A stretch of DNA of 64,000 bases from a virus (taxonomy: Duplodnaviria > Caudoviricetes). The stretch is from IMG/VR virus record IMGVR_UViG_3300037851_000103, positions 1 through 64,000 of that record; one strand, written 5' to 3'. Below the pieces are notes generated by a model that searched no databases, was not told where the DNA came from, and worked only from the letters and a program-made list of their open reading frames with translations. A program made the position numbers and the translations under genes. Shown here one piece after another: positions 50,201 through 58,535 of this stretch. Each line of letters starts with the position of its first letter. The stretch's first letter is position 1.

Positions 50201-53200
50201 ATATACTAATATTAATACTATTGATGAAACAAATGTTAATACATCAGGATCATCTGGCGCATTTGATACATTGGGACTAAATGTATATTTTAATGATATT
50301 TATAAAAATAAAATATTTACAGGTCAACTGCATTCTATTTCTGGATCTGATATATTTTGTAATGCAATTCCTGGGTCAGAAGTTACGATATTGGGCAGTA
50401 ATGCCTTACAAGGTTCTGTTGTTTTACAAGTATGTTATTTAGGATGTACCCCTGATTGTTCATCAAGCTCAAATGTTATTGGGGGATTCTATAACAGTGC
50501 GATGAAAGTCTTTCTTAATGGAAATGAAAATACTGATATTGCATTAGATAAAACTTTTAATTCCTTATATGAGTTAGAATATTATTTGAATAGCAATCCT
50601 TCCCAATCTAAATATGATTTTTGTGTTAATGTTCAAAACTCAAAATTACAATTTCAAAATAAATTTTTCACTCCTAATTATAGTATTAATAAACAAAATA
50701 TTAGATTATTATATCTTGGAACTACGGATGAATGTGATTGTTTAAAAAATTCACCAGTAGATGAAAATTTATCTATTTCTATTAATTATAATACAGTTAA
50801 TAATGAATTAGAATATCCAGTCCGTTGTCATGGGTTGGCCTATGTTGGCGATGATAATTCTGGACTATCAACTGGAGGTAGATGTGAATATAATAATATA
50901 AATGATGTAACATCATTAGTCACGAATAAATATTTGTATCCACAAAACAAACCTCACTATGAAATAAATGTTAATTTTGATTCAGTTAGGGAAGAATTAG
51001 AAAAAAATAGAATATTAGATTTAGTATACGAATTAAAAGATGGAACTTGGATTAGAAGACAAAACCTTTTAGAATCCGTATATTGGCATTGTGGGGTCGG
51101 TGATGCAACTAGATCATTATTTTGGGGTGGTATTCACGACACCACCACATTCTCAGAAATAGATGTATTTAATATATATTCTGATATTGATGGTGTTTAT
51201 ATAAGCGATTTCTTGTGCAATGATGATAAAAAACTATATGATGTTAATATTTCATCTAAAGAAGGTAAAGATTATACAACTACTATTAATACTACTGGTG
51301 ATATGATCGTAACTCCTTCTATCTCGGCATGTTGGGATACTCCTAATTGGAAAACTAATTTAAATTATTCTGATTTATTTGATGACCCACGATATGTAAA
51401 TAATCAAGAAACTTTAGACTATTCAACTCATAATAATTATCCAGAATTTGAAATTATTTCGATCTTGCCATCAAGTCCTACTCCAATCTCTCCCCAAAAT
51501 AATTCAACAATTATATCTATAAATACGGATATCAAAAACAATATTTTAATATCCAAAACGTTCGATCAGGCATCATTTAGAATATTTGCAAATGTTAATA
51601 ATAATACAACTAATGGAACTATAAAAATTAATACTGCTAATATTATAATTGGACAAGAAAATGTTGATATTTTCCCAACCAATATTGTTATTAATTCTAT
51701 TATTAATCAAGAATTAATTTTAACTGATATAGAAGTATTAAAAAATAATCAAACTAAAATTTATTATACTTTTAAATATTCATTTATATATAATACTACA
51801 GAATTTTATGAATTAGAAGGATATGGGATTTTATTATTTAATACTTTAACAGATATATATAATTCAAGTAAAGTGATACAATCTTTAGAAAGTATTTCTC
51901 ATAATTTTATAGTTACTAAATGTTCAATATCATCAACGGTTCCAATAACTATTCATTCAGATAATTCTAAATTGACATTTGAATTGATTGAAGATGAGGG
52001 AATATCTATTGGTGTTGAAACCCTTAATCAATCATGGACTTCATCATTAAAAGAATGCGGTAAAAATATATCAAAATTTATTGATCTTAATGGGTTGACG
52101 CCTATGTGCAGTATTTATCCAAGATGGGGAACTCCAATTTGGACCCATGAATTATATAATAGTACATATGGGTATCTTGGCCTAAACTTTAAATTTAATT
52201 ATAAAAACCAAACAGTTGATAATGATACATCTATTATAAATTATGAAACTACTTCAGTTAACGTTACCGCCAATACATTAGGGTCCATATTAAATCAAAG
52301 AATTTTAATATCTGGACAATCATTTAAACAAAATCATATAATTACAAACATGTCATCTACCGTCGATTTAACGGGATCATTAAATAATGATATTTGCGAA
52401 TTTACATATCCTGAAAATTCTTTAATTATAACATTTACTGAAAATATAACTTCTAATTGGAATCAAAGATTTTATACAGAATGTGCATCTTCAATAACAC
52501 AAGAATACCAAAGTGATAAGAGATATAATGCTCCTGATTATTGGATTCCTTCTAATAGTGTAGGGTCGTGTTTAAATGGTGGAACAAGAAATTCAACTCA
52601 AACCATATCAGAAAAAATAGCATGGAAACGATATATGGATGGTACTGGTTTGGGCGGGGATGTTCCTGATTATGAAACTATCTATGATGTTAAATTAAAT
52701 AAATTAAAAGATTCTATAAATTGGAATTATCTTAAAACATGGTATATTGGACAGCAATGTTTTGGAACAGCAACTTCAGCAATTATTGCCGGGGGTCATA
52801 AAATAGATACCAATACAGCCTTAAAAGGTATTAATAATGGTTATCACGCTAATGATACAACTAAAAGAACCTTTATTTGGGACACAAATACAATACCGGA
52901 AGAAGATTCATATAATAGCATATACTTAGGACGAAGATTATTCAATTATTATTGGAATGGACAAAGTATTGATTCAAATTCAAATAATTCCTCGTTATCA
53001 TCATTAAATGTTATTATATTTAATGGCGAATCTAATATTATTGTTGAACGACAAGGAACCATATTATTTGACGGAACACAAAAATTAGTCTCAGTAAAAT
53101 TTGATACCCCTTTGCCAGATGATGTGACAACTTATGCAATATCATTAACCCCAAGTGATAATATTAAAATGTGGTGGTCTGATAAGTCTAATACAGGATT

Positions 53201-53327
53201 TAATATTAATTGTGAAATTGACAATTTTAAAGGATATGTAGATTATTATATATCATCTATTGTTAAAGCAACAGAAAATGATATTAATAATTTCGATCCT
53301 TTAGAAGGCTATAATTTTGATAAATAA
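47226..53327 (+). CDS. giant virion protein with Kelch/galactose-oxidase-like blades and C-terminal H-lectin-like module
   Basis: Repeats LNEPRAFGRGSGTSQNGMIVGG, SPRCYH..GG...AIIGG, VRCHGLAYVGD...STGG, YWHCGVGDATRSLFWGG, GTATSAIIAGG. Confidence 0.65.
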   Translation: MSINDEPINFGEFFKAYTGIKFTINKEDNCSIFIPNYTNINYTSTVTSNITGTSLTFSDQWASQSFVSNGSLNKIDTVLLKQLWDYPSSNILWDDYKKQLSFVDVDVEEITLYDFVKNLDNFMVFHKLSRFGDVWWAKKVQTDGSQNTNSLNTNVTISTMISLSGGDKFSFWSPDKWLNDEYKKYSANPTAYSGFLTSEDFINGGWFNIPDMVVSTQPFEKLKMADILLHLNLSYEPIYFGHYYNIDNKTAIRIKDSTTSTVLDTTQTKSNQNNGTYSDTLIAHWVGGLVSTTNVNQFGELGTYNENPCEQKQKQINYTAEETNPLEISHKIDSQLSLNPDYDISQRDFLGTIDPINWISSEETFNAHNIGVLNEPRAFGRGSGTSQNGMIVGGIKTDNNSESIITSVLSSSEIWKNNGFLKNVLITTNSPRCYHIQGGTGSSSCAIIGGYSKFNTTDSNEFSEYSKDGILNNVEIFEKNENDPELSSFKIFNDIQLSVTRGDGAGFVNIQTQNKKDKFEISSVVKNYTLNGNDEQAINDFVLDNSEKNSTTDNAVRYSSSTVTGFIYCGNTTGKSYLINTANTGDITSIFEKINITTVNASTNLLDDPIQYNSDYYSDAFLNVVNDVITIDGATEYSEEIILEKCGKYRIEYINGGFYLNSDLNVNNTCLSIIDDMFQIKIVNSPNTKLVLDKTGIYQFTIKDSSFASNTLQTEVINDNIQVDSASTITATAGATVTLPYIGKYLVEVINDTSSIEFFQYPSNETRNEFEMRSNVQFSYDFYANNCGTYRIQYSDHAFTVWVDDPDPEASDYLIYFGTLKIKVMSVDETQTFSEEIIWPSYFNSDDDFYDYIEANDSAGYVGKYHEFCVEDQNVPQKIKVIGWDPYNNCEVSLTHSDDYGIDFYMFYMGSQNNCSNCSQSSVTLQKSINDAEKELFSSQIYFYNEFKNSDLNLKYINQVTTSTAGVSGITGSEIISSIPATGKIYTKLTYLYTNINTIDETNVNTSGSSGAFDTLGLNVYFNDIYKNKIFTGQLHSISGSDIFCNAIPGSEVTILGSNALQGSVVLQVCYLGCTPDCSSSSNVIGGFYNSAMKVFLNGNENTDIALDKTFNSLYELEYYLNSNPSQSKYDFCVNVQNSKLQFQNKFFTPNYSINKQNIRLLYLGTTDECDCLKNSPVDENLSISINYNTVNNELEYPVRCHGLAYVGDDNSGLSTGGRCEYNNINDVTSLVTNKYLYPQNKPHYEINVNFDSVREELEKNRILDLVYELKDGTWIRRQNLLESVYWHCGVGDATRSLFWGGIHDTTTFSEIDVFNIYSDIDGVYISDFLCNDDKKLYDVNISSKEGKDYTTTINTTGDMIVTPSISACWDTPNWKTNLNYSDLFDDPRYVNNQETLDYSTHNNYPEFEIISILPSSPTPISPQNNSTIISINTDIKNNILISKTFDQASFRIFANVNNNTTNGTIKINTANIIIGQENVDIFPTNIVINSIINQELILTDIEVLKNNQTKIYYTFKYSFIYNTTEFYELEGYGILLFNTLTDIYNSSKVIQSLESISHNFIVTKCSISSTVPITIHSDNSKLTFELIEDEGISIGVETLNQSWTSSLKECGKNISKFIDLNGLTPMCSIYPRWGTPIWTHELYNSTYGYLGLNFKFNYKNQTVDNDTSIINYETTSVNVTANTLGSILNQRILISGQSFKQNHIITNMSSTVDLTGSLNNDICEFTYPENSLIITFTENITSNWNQRFYTECASSITQEYQSDKRYNAPDYWIPSNSVGSCLNGGTRNSTQTISEKIAWKRYMDGTGLGGDVPDYETIYDVKLNKLKDSINWNYLKTWYIGQQCFGTATSAIIAGGHKIDTNTALKGINNGYHANDTTKRTFIWDTNTIPEEDSYNSIYLGRRLFNYYWNGQSIDSNSNNSSLSSLNVIIFNGESNIIVERQGTILFDGTQKLVSVKFDTPLPDDVTTYAISLTPSDNIKMWWSDKSNTGFNINCEIDNFKGYVDYYISSIVKATENDINNFDPLEGYNFDK

Positions 53328-53342
53328 TTAAAAAGGAAAAAT

Positions 53343-54623
53343 ATGGCAAATAGACCGGAACCGTTTTTAACATCTGGAATTAGTTTGGGAATCCCAACTA
53401 ATAATCCCTTAACTATTGAAAATATTGATAATGCTATATTTTTAGATAGTAATGGGGAAATGCATTTTAAAGATTCTTGGGTTCCAACACAAACTGATAT
53501 TTTCGGAAATATTTTACAAACATTAAAATTAAAAGATTTGTGGACAAAAAATAATGGTGTATATTCTCAAGATGGAAAATTATATTTTAAAGATTCTACC
53601 GTGGATCGTCCTTATAGTTTACAAGAAATGGTACAATCATATAAAGATATAACCAGTAAACTTATTAATGGTGGTATCTATTGGTTAGGCAGAACATCTA
53701 TATCCAATGATGAATGTGAAAATATCATGATTAATATAAATGGCGATAAAAATTTGACTATTAATGATGATGGGGCAAGAATATTTTTAAAAGACACCAA
53801 TGATCAATATAATCAATTTGCCACCGGAACTAAAGTTTTTTCTATTGATAATTATTTAAATAATTTAACAATAACAGATGGGGGAAATAAATTTACCACC
53901 GTTGATGGCCAATTAAGGTGGCATGATGTTCCAAATCATCACATTTTATTACCTCCTATAGATATGAACAAAGCTCTTGCTTTATTTTCAAAACTTTGTA
54001 TAAGACTTATTAAAAATGATACTCCTATTTTATTTAGACTTTATGATGAAACAGCAAATGTTGTTTTAGATCAAATATCAATTAGTAATAATTCAGAAAA
54101 TCCAATGGAACAACAACCAACGTTAACACATTATGGCCAATTACCAACTTATTTAGAACAATTACAACAATTAAAATGTCAATGCCAAAATAATATTACT
54201 GATGAAGAACCGCCTCATATTATTAAAATACAATTCTATACTAATTTTGAATTTAATGATTCGAATGATGATTTGACATATTATTCATATTTAGAAAGAA
54301 GAGTTATTGGGATTCCAAATTCATTAAATGTGACTCCTATAAATAATTCCAGTATTGATTGTATTATTTGGGATACTAATAAAAATGATACAATAGGAAG
54401 AAAAACCGGAAGTGCGGTTTTTAATAATCAAGATTTAATTAATATAACATTTGATAATAATTTTACGTCATCTGAATATTCTATTAATTTATCATGTAAT
54501 AAAAATATAAATGTATTTTGGAATAATAAAAAATCATCTGGATTTTCTATAAAATCAGAAAAGAAATTCACAGGAACCGTGGATTGGATTGCAACAAAAT
54601 TGAAAAATGAAGGTGCCGCATGA
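53343..54623 (+). CDS. virion structural protein with C-terminal H-lectin-like module
   Basis: Ends TGSAVFNNQDLINITF...YSINLSCNKNINVFWNNKKSSGFSI...VDWIAT; AAGGA SD. Confidence 0.65.
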   Translation: MANRPEPFLTSGISLGIPTNNPLTIENIDNAIFLDSNGEMHFKDSWVPTQTDIFGNILQTLKLKDLWTKNNGVYSQDGKLYFKDSTVDRPYSLQEMVQSYKDITSKLINGGIYWLGRTSISNDECENIMININGDKNLTINDDGARIFLKDTNDQYNQFATGTKVFSIDNYLNNLTITDGGNKFTTVDGQLRWHDVPNHHILLPPIDMNKALALFSKLCIRLIKNDTPILFRLYDETANVVLDQISISNNSENPMEQQPTLTHYGQLPTYLEQLQQLKCQCQNNITDEEPPHIIKIQFYTNFEFNDSNDDLTYYSYLERRVIGIPNSLNVTPINNSSIDCIIWDTNKNDTIGRKTGSAVFNNQDLINITFDNNFTSSEYSINLSCNKNINVFWNNKKSSGFSIKSEKKFTGTVDWIATKLKNEGAA

Positions 54624-56203
54624 CAATAGAATCCTTCCAAACTACCGCATTACAAATAGGAAAAATTGTTAGGGCACTAACATCTGACGCCACAGGAAAC
54701 TTAATATTTAGAGACAACCTCAATCCTGATGGGGAAACTCTTTCAAGATTAATTAGTGGTTTGATTTCATCAAATATATCATTTGATTCATCTTCAAATT
54801 TTTATGCTGGTATAACAAATGTTCAAAACGCTTTAGATTTTTTAAATCAATTTGCTTATTTAAAATATACGGCCCGGTTTATTTATGTTGATCCTACTAT
54901 TCCAGCAGAATATGTGGTATCAGGTGATTTATATAATAATATGAACGATGCTATTACTTACGCAAAAACGTTAATAGCAAATGGTTACAATACGATTAAT
55001 ATATTAGCAATGGGAAGTCATAAACAAAATTCATTGGATACCAATTCAGATAATGGGGTATTTACTTTTGATGGAACTGAAGAAATAATATTAGATGTAA
55101 ATGGATTAAATATAATTGGTATTGGGAATCCAATTTTTAGAGTAAATAATTGTAATGGTACAAATATTGTTAGAAAAAATATTTTTAATATTAAAAATAA
55201 CTCAATTAATAAATCTTCAATAGTATTCCAAGATATATCATTCCAATTTGTTAATTCTACTTATACATCATTTATAAAAATAGAAAATGCATCACAATCA
55301 ATAAATGTTAAAGAACGTCATGGAGTTAAAATTATTAACTCTACGATTTCGTTTACTATTGGTTCACAAGATTATAATAGATTGGTTGATTTTGATAATG
55401 ATAGTTCAATAACTCCAACTGATGTGGAAATTGATGGAATATCTATGGGGTCTATTAATAATGTTATACCGTCAGCAAATCCAATTCAGTTACTTCATAT
55501 AAATCATAATTCACAATCTGTAGTTATTGTTAATAATTTAAATACCGCACATTGTCAACAACCGAATGCAGAAGAAAATGAATTAACTACTAATATTACG
55601 TCTCTTGAATATATTAATTGTAAAAAAGGAAAATGTATAATCAATAATTGTGTTTTAGATGAAAAATCCTATTGGATAGGAAACTTAGCATCAAATGTAA
55701 CAACTAAGTTATTAAATGCTGATTCTTCAGATTCTAGAATTTCTATTTTTAATATTGGTATTGTCAGATCTGATTATAATACAAATTATGAAGATAATAC
55801 TGGAATTACATTATTAAAAGATTGGATTGTTCAAACAAATAATGCTGTTGTTAATTCCGTTGGTGGGACTGATGAAATTTATGATATCACAGTTCAATCA
55901 ATTCCCACATCAGGAACAGGAACGTCTGGGTCTTCTGGAACATCCGGTACATCCGGCACACCGGAATTATTTTATAATGTTAAACCAGTTAAATCATTTT
56001 GGAATAAAGATAATATTATTTTTGGACTTGGACATAGAAATGAATTAAGAATTGGAAGTCCTTCAAATGATGATATTAATAATTATTTAAGTAAATATGA
56101 TATAACCAATTATGGAATACCATTTTGGTATAATTCAACCTTAAAGAAATTCCAATTTTTTGATGGAACTTCTGTTCATACAATTGTTTCTGCAACAACT
56201 TAA
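54620..56203 (+). CDS. virion structural protein, probable beta-helix fibre/spike, with GTS tract
   Basis: FIYVDP...YNNMNDAITYA..L..G...I motif that precedes parallel beta-helices; Asn/Ile-rich repeats; TSGTGTSGSSGTSGTSGT at 55907-55960. Confidence 0.55.
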   Translation: MTIESFQTTALQIGKIVRALTSDATGNLIFRDNLNPDGETLSRLISGLISSNISFDSSSNFYAGITNVQNALDFLNQFAYLKYTARFIYVDPTIPAEYVVSGDLYNNMNDAITYAKTLIANGYNTINILAMGSHKQNSLDTNSDNGVFTFDGTEEIILDVNGLNIIGIGNPIFRVNNCNGTNIVRKNIFNIKNNSINKSSIVFQDISFQFVNSTYTSFIKIENASQSINVKERHGVKIINSTISFTIGSQDYNRLVDFDNDSSITPTDVEIDGISMGSINNVIPSANPIQLLHINHNSQSVVIVNNLNTAHCQQPNAEENELTTNITSLEYINCKKGKCIINNCVLDEKSYWIGNLASNVTTKLLNADSSDSRISIFNIGIVRSDYNTNYEDNTGITLLKDWIVQTNNAVVNSVGGTDEIYDITVQSIPTSGTGTSGSSGTSGTSGTPELFYNVKPVKSFWNKDNIIFGLGHRNELRIGSPSNDDINNYLSKYDITNYGIPFWYNSTLKKFQFFDGTSVHTIVSATT

Positions 56204-56871
56204 TTATTTGGCATTATTTTTAATAATTTTTGTAATTCTTGTATTTGATTATCTAATATTATTATATCTTCTGGTTTAGCATCTTTCTTTTTTAGATTTA
56301 ATCTATAAATAAGAACATTAACATAATTTGCTACATAATTATTGGTATTTATTTCATTTCGATTTGCCAAAGAATCTGATATTTTTTTCCATTCTGTTAT
56401 TTCTTCAATTCTGTATTTAATTTGTTTTTGTAATTTAATAAATTTATATTGTAGTTTTGAGAGATTTATTTTAGTTTCTCTTAAATCAAATTCTTTAATT
56501 GTTTTTTTATCTGAATCCGTTTCCGCTTGATATGAAGTTTGTATTTTTATTAATGTCAATTCTAATTTTTCTATATTTAATTGTAATAATTCTAAATCAT
56601 ATATATCATTCAATAGTTGATCTGCATGAACTTCCGCTTCGATTTTGCATTGCCAATATTTAGACTCTGGTGTAGGAAAAGAAGAATCTGATAAAACCCC
56701 AAATAGTTTAACTGGTAATGGTCTATACATAGGTACTTTATAATAATTATCCAAAATAAAATTTTTATTATTTTCAAGATTTTCCATGTCTTGTTTGGTC
56801 AAAATACTTTTAGAAGATAATGATTCTAAAATACTACAATTTTTAAATGGTGTTAATTCAGTTTGATTCAT
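56200..56871 (-). CDS. hypothetical coiled-coil protein
   Basis: 223 aa, with a VLSDSSFPTPESKYWQC motif of a kind I recall from environmental phage hypotheticals; its stop overlaps the opposing stop (TTAA 56200-56203). Confidence 0.7.
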   Translation of the reverse strand: MNQTELTPFKNCSILESLSSKSILTKQDMENLENNKNFILDNYYKVPMYRPLPVKLFGVLSDSSFPTPESKYWQCKIEAEVHADQLLNDIYDLELLQLNIEKLELTLIKIQTSYQAETDSDKKTIKEFDLRETKINLSKLQYKFIKLQKQIKYRIEEITEWKKISDSLANRNEINTNNYVANYVNVLIYRLNLKKKDAKPEDIIILDNQIQELQKLLKIMPNN

Positions 56872-56874
56872 ATT

Positions 56875-57465
56875 TCAATTTCCTATTATCTGATCCACAA
56901 TATTTAATTTTTTGCAAGTATCAGCATCTAGCCAAACGTCGCGTGCGGGTAATAATTCTTTTTCAATTCTTTTTTTAGTTAATCCCGTACATTCTTGATA
57001 ATGATTTAATAATCTATTATATATTCTATCTAATTCTCTCGTATGATTTTGTAATTCCGTGTGACTTCCGCCTATTTCTGTCGAGAATCTATGTGACATA
57101 AATTGGGTTTTTTTAGTGCAACATCTATAGCCTTTTTCGCCAGCCATAAAAATAATTAATCCTCCTGAACATGCTTGTCCGTAAGCATGACAGTGAACAG
57201 GAGTTTCGATTTCAGAAATAACATCGCATATCATTTGTGAAGCATATAAATCGCCACCTGGACTGTTGATAATTAATTTTATCGGTTTTGGATTTTGTAA
57301 GGTTTTATTTAAATCGTCTATATTATATAACTGTTCAACTATTTCTCTGGAACTATCTATTTTTATTTCCCCTAAAATAAATAACCTAAAAGAACTCCAA
57401 ATATTATAATCATCTATATTATTATCCGGGGAAACTGTGCCTAATTGTATTTCTTGTGCGGTCAT
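56875..57465 (-). CDS. clpP: ClpP-like serine protease
   Basis: LFILGEI, PIKLIINSPGGDLYA, GQACSGG (catalytic Ser), FMSH (His), TGLTKKRIEKE...RDVWL (Asp). Confidence 0.92.
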   Translation of the reverse strand: MTAQEIQLGTVSPDNNIDDYNIWSSFRLFILGEIKIDSSREIVEQLYNIDDLNKTLQNPKPIKLIINSPGGDLYASQMICDVISEIETPVHCHAYGQACSGGLIIFMAGEKGYRCCTKKTQFMSHRFSTEIGGSHTELQNHTRELDRIYNRLLNHYQECTGLTKKRIEKELLPARDVWLDADTCKKLNIVDQIIGN

Positions 57466-57480
57466 TTTTATTCCTTATGT

Positions 57481-57699
57481 TTAAATTTTTCCGACGTTAT
57501 CAGGAATTTCATTTGGGTTAAAATATGATAAATTAGTATAATTATTTCCCTTTATTCTAGTAAATGAACCAGAACCAATAACACTTGTTTCACCACAATC
57601 ACAAGTAGCCCATTCAGTATTTGAATGCGGAATAACTATATCTTTACATGCATTGCATTGTAATTTAATCTTTAATACTGTATTAGTCCAATGATCCAT
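57481..57699 (-). CDS. small Zn-binding phage protein
   Basis: KLQCNACKDIV...WATCDCGETSVIGS pattern, common in large phages. Confidence 0.75.
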   Translation of the reverse strand: MDHWTNTVLKIKLQCNACKDIVIPHSNTEWATCDCGETSVIGSGSFTRIKGNNYTNLSYFNPNEIPDNVGKI

Positions 57700-57701
57700 A
57701 T

Positions 57702-58265
57702 TTAAATCCTTTCATACAATGAAATTATTTTATCACATACTGAAGAAAAATCAATTTTTGGGTGTAAATGAATTTGCTCATGCAAACATTCATCTGGTAA
57801 TCTATAAGCAGATTCATATTTATTAGTATATTGTATGCCTTGTCTACACAATTCAAAAACATAATCACATGATTTAGCTTCATTGACGAATCTTACATCT
57901 GGAATAATTACAATGTTATAATGATTTTGTTTTTTCTTACATTTTTGTATCCAAAATTCATCGTGTATTAGTTTGCGAAAACAATCAGTTCCTACTTTAT
58001 TTAATAAATCTCTGGGAGAATACCCAATTAAACAAGGCAAGGGAGCGGTTAATTCCGTCCATTTTGTTTCTTTATATTGTCTATCTTGTAACGTCCTTAT
58101 TGGAATTCCAGTAATATGCCAAACTAATTCATATAATTCATCACTAAAAGATGCTTTATTTATACATATCCCACTATAATTAAAATTCATCATTTTAATT
58201 ATAGCATTTGCCGTTGTATCTTTTCCAACATTTTCTGGGCCAGCAAGACCTATAAAAAGAGTCAT
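57702..58265 (-). CDS. deoxynucleoside monophosphate kinase (T4 gp1-like)
   Basis: IGLAGPENVGKDT P-loop, SFSDELYE, SPRDLLNKVGTD..R, FWI, IPDVRFVNEA. Confidence 0.9.
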   Translation of the reverse strand: MTLFIGLAGPENVGKDTTANAIIKMMNFNYSGICINKASFSDELYELVWHITGIPIRTLQDRQYKETKWTELTAPLPCLIGYSPRDLLNKVGTDCFRKLIHDEFWIQKCKKKQNHYNIVIIPDVRFVNEAKSCDYVFELCRQGIQYTNKYESAYRLPDECLHEQIHLHPKIDFSSVCDKIISLYERI

Positions 58266-58441
58266 TTTTTAGTTTCCTGAAAAAATCCATCACCTAAATG
58301 AATATATGATGGTGTGGTGGATGATTCTAACATTATAACAACTTCCCCATTTTGGTCAATACATTTCGGACAGTGAATATTTCCGGTATTATGTTTAACA
58401 TCAATAATAGTTTTGCATTTTGGACATTTTAATTCTTTCAT
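58262..58441 (-). CDS. FmdB-like zinc-ribbon protein, 59 aa (not in ORF track)
   Basis: MKELKCPKCKTIIDVKHNTGNIHCPKC...HLGDGFFQETKK*. AAAGGA SD; ATGA overlap with the kinase start. Confidence 0.8.
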   Translation of the reverse strand: MKELKCPKCKTIIDVKHNTGNIHCPKCIDQNGEVVIMLESSTTPSYIHLGDGFFQETKK

Positions 58442-58474
58442 AAAAGTTTCCTTTTTATAGTATAATTTAATTAA

Positions 58475-58482
58475 TATTTATA
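58475..58482 (-). promoter_or_regulatory. T4-type late promoter TATAAATA on the minus strand
   Basis: The forward strand reads TATTTATA; it points into the Zn-ribbon/kinase/ClpP cassette. Confidence 0.5.
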
Positions 58483-58494
58483 ACTAAAATATAT

Positions 58495-58502
58495 TATAAA
58501 TA
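58495..58502 (+). promoter_or_regulatory. T4-type late promoter TATAAATA
   Basis: Exact motif upstream of ORF 58536. Confidence 0.7.
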
Positions 58503-58535
58503 CATTTAAACGATTTTCAACTTAAGGAATATTAC

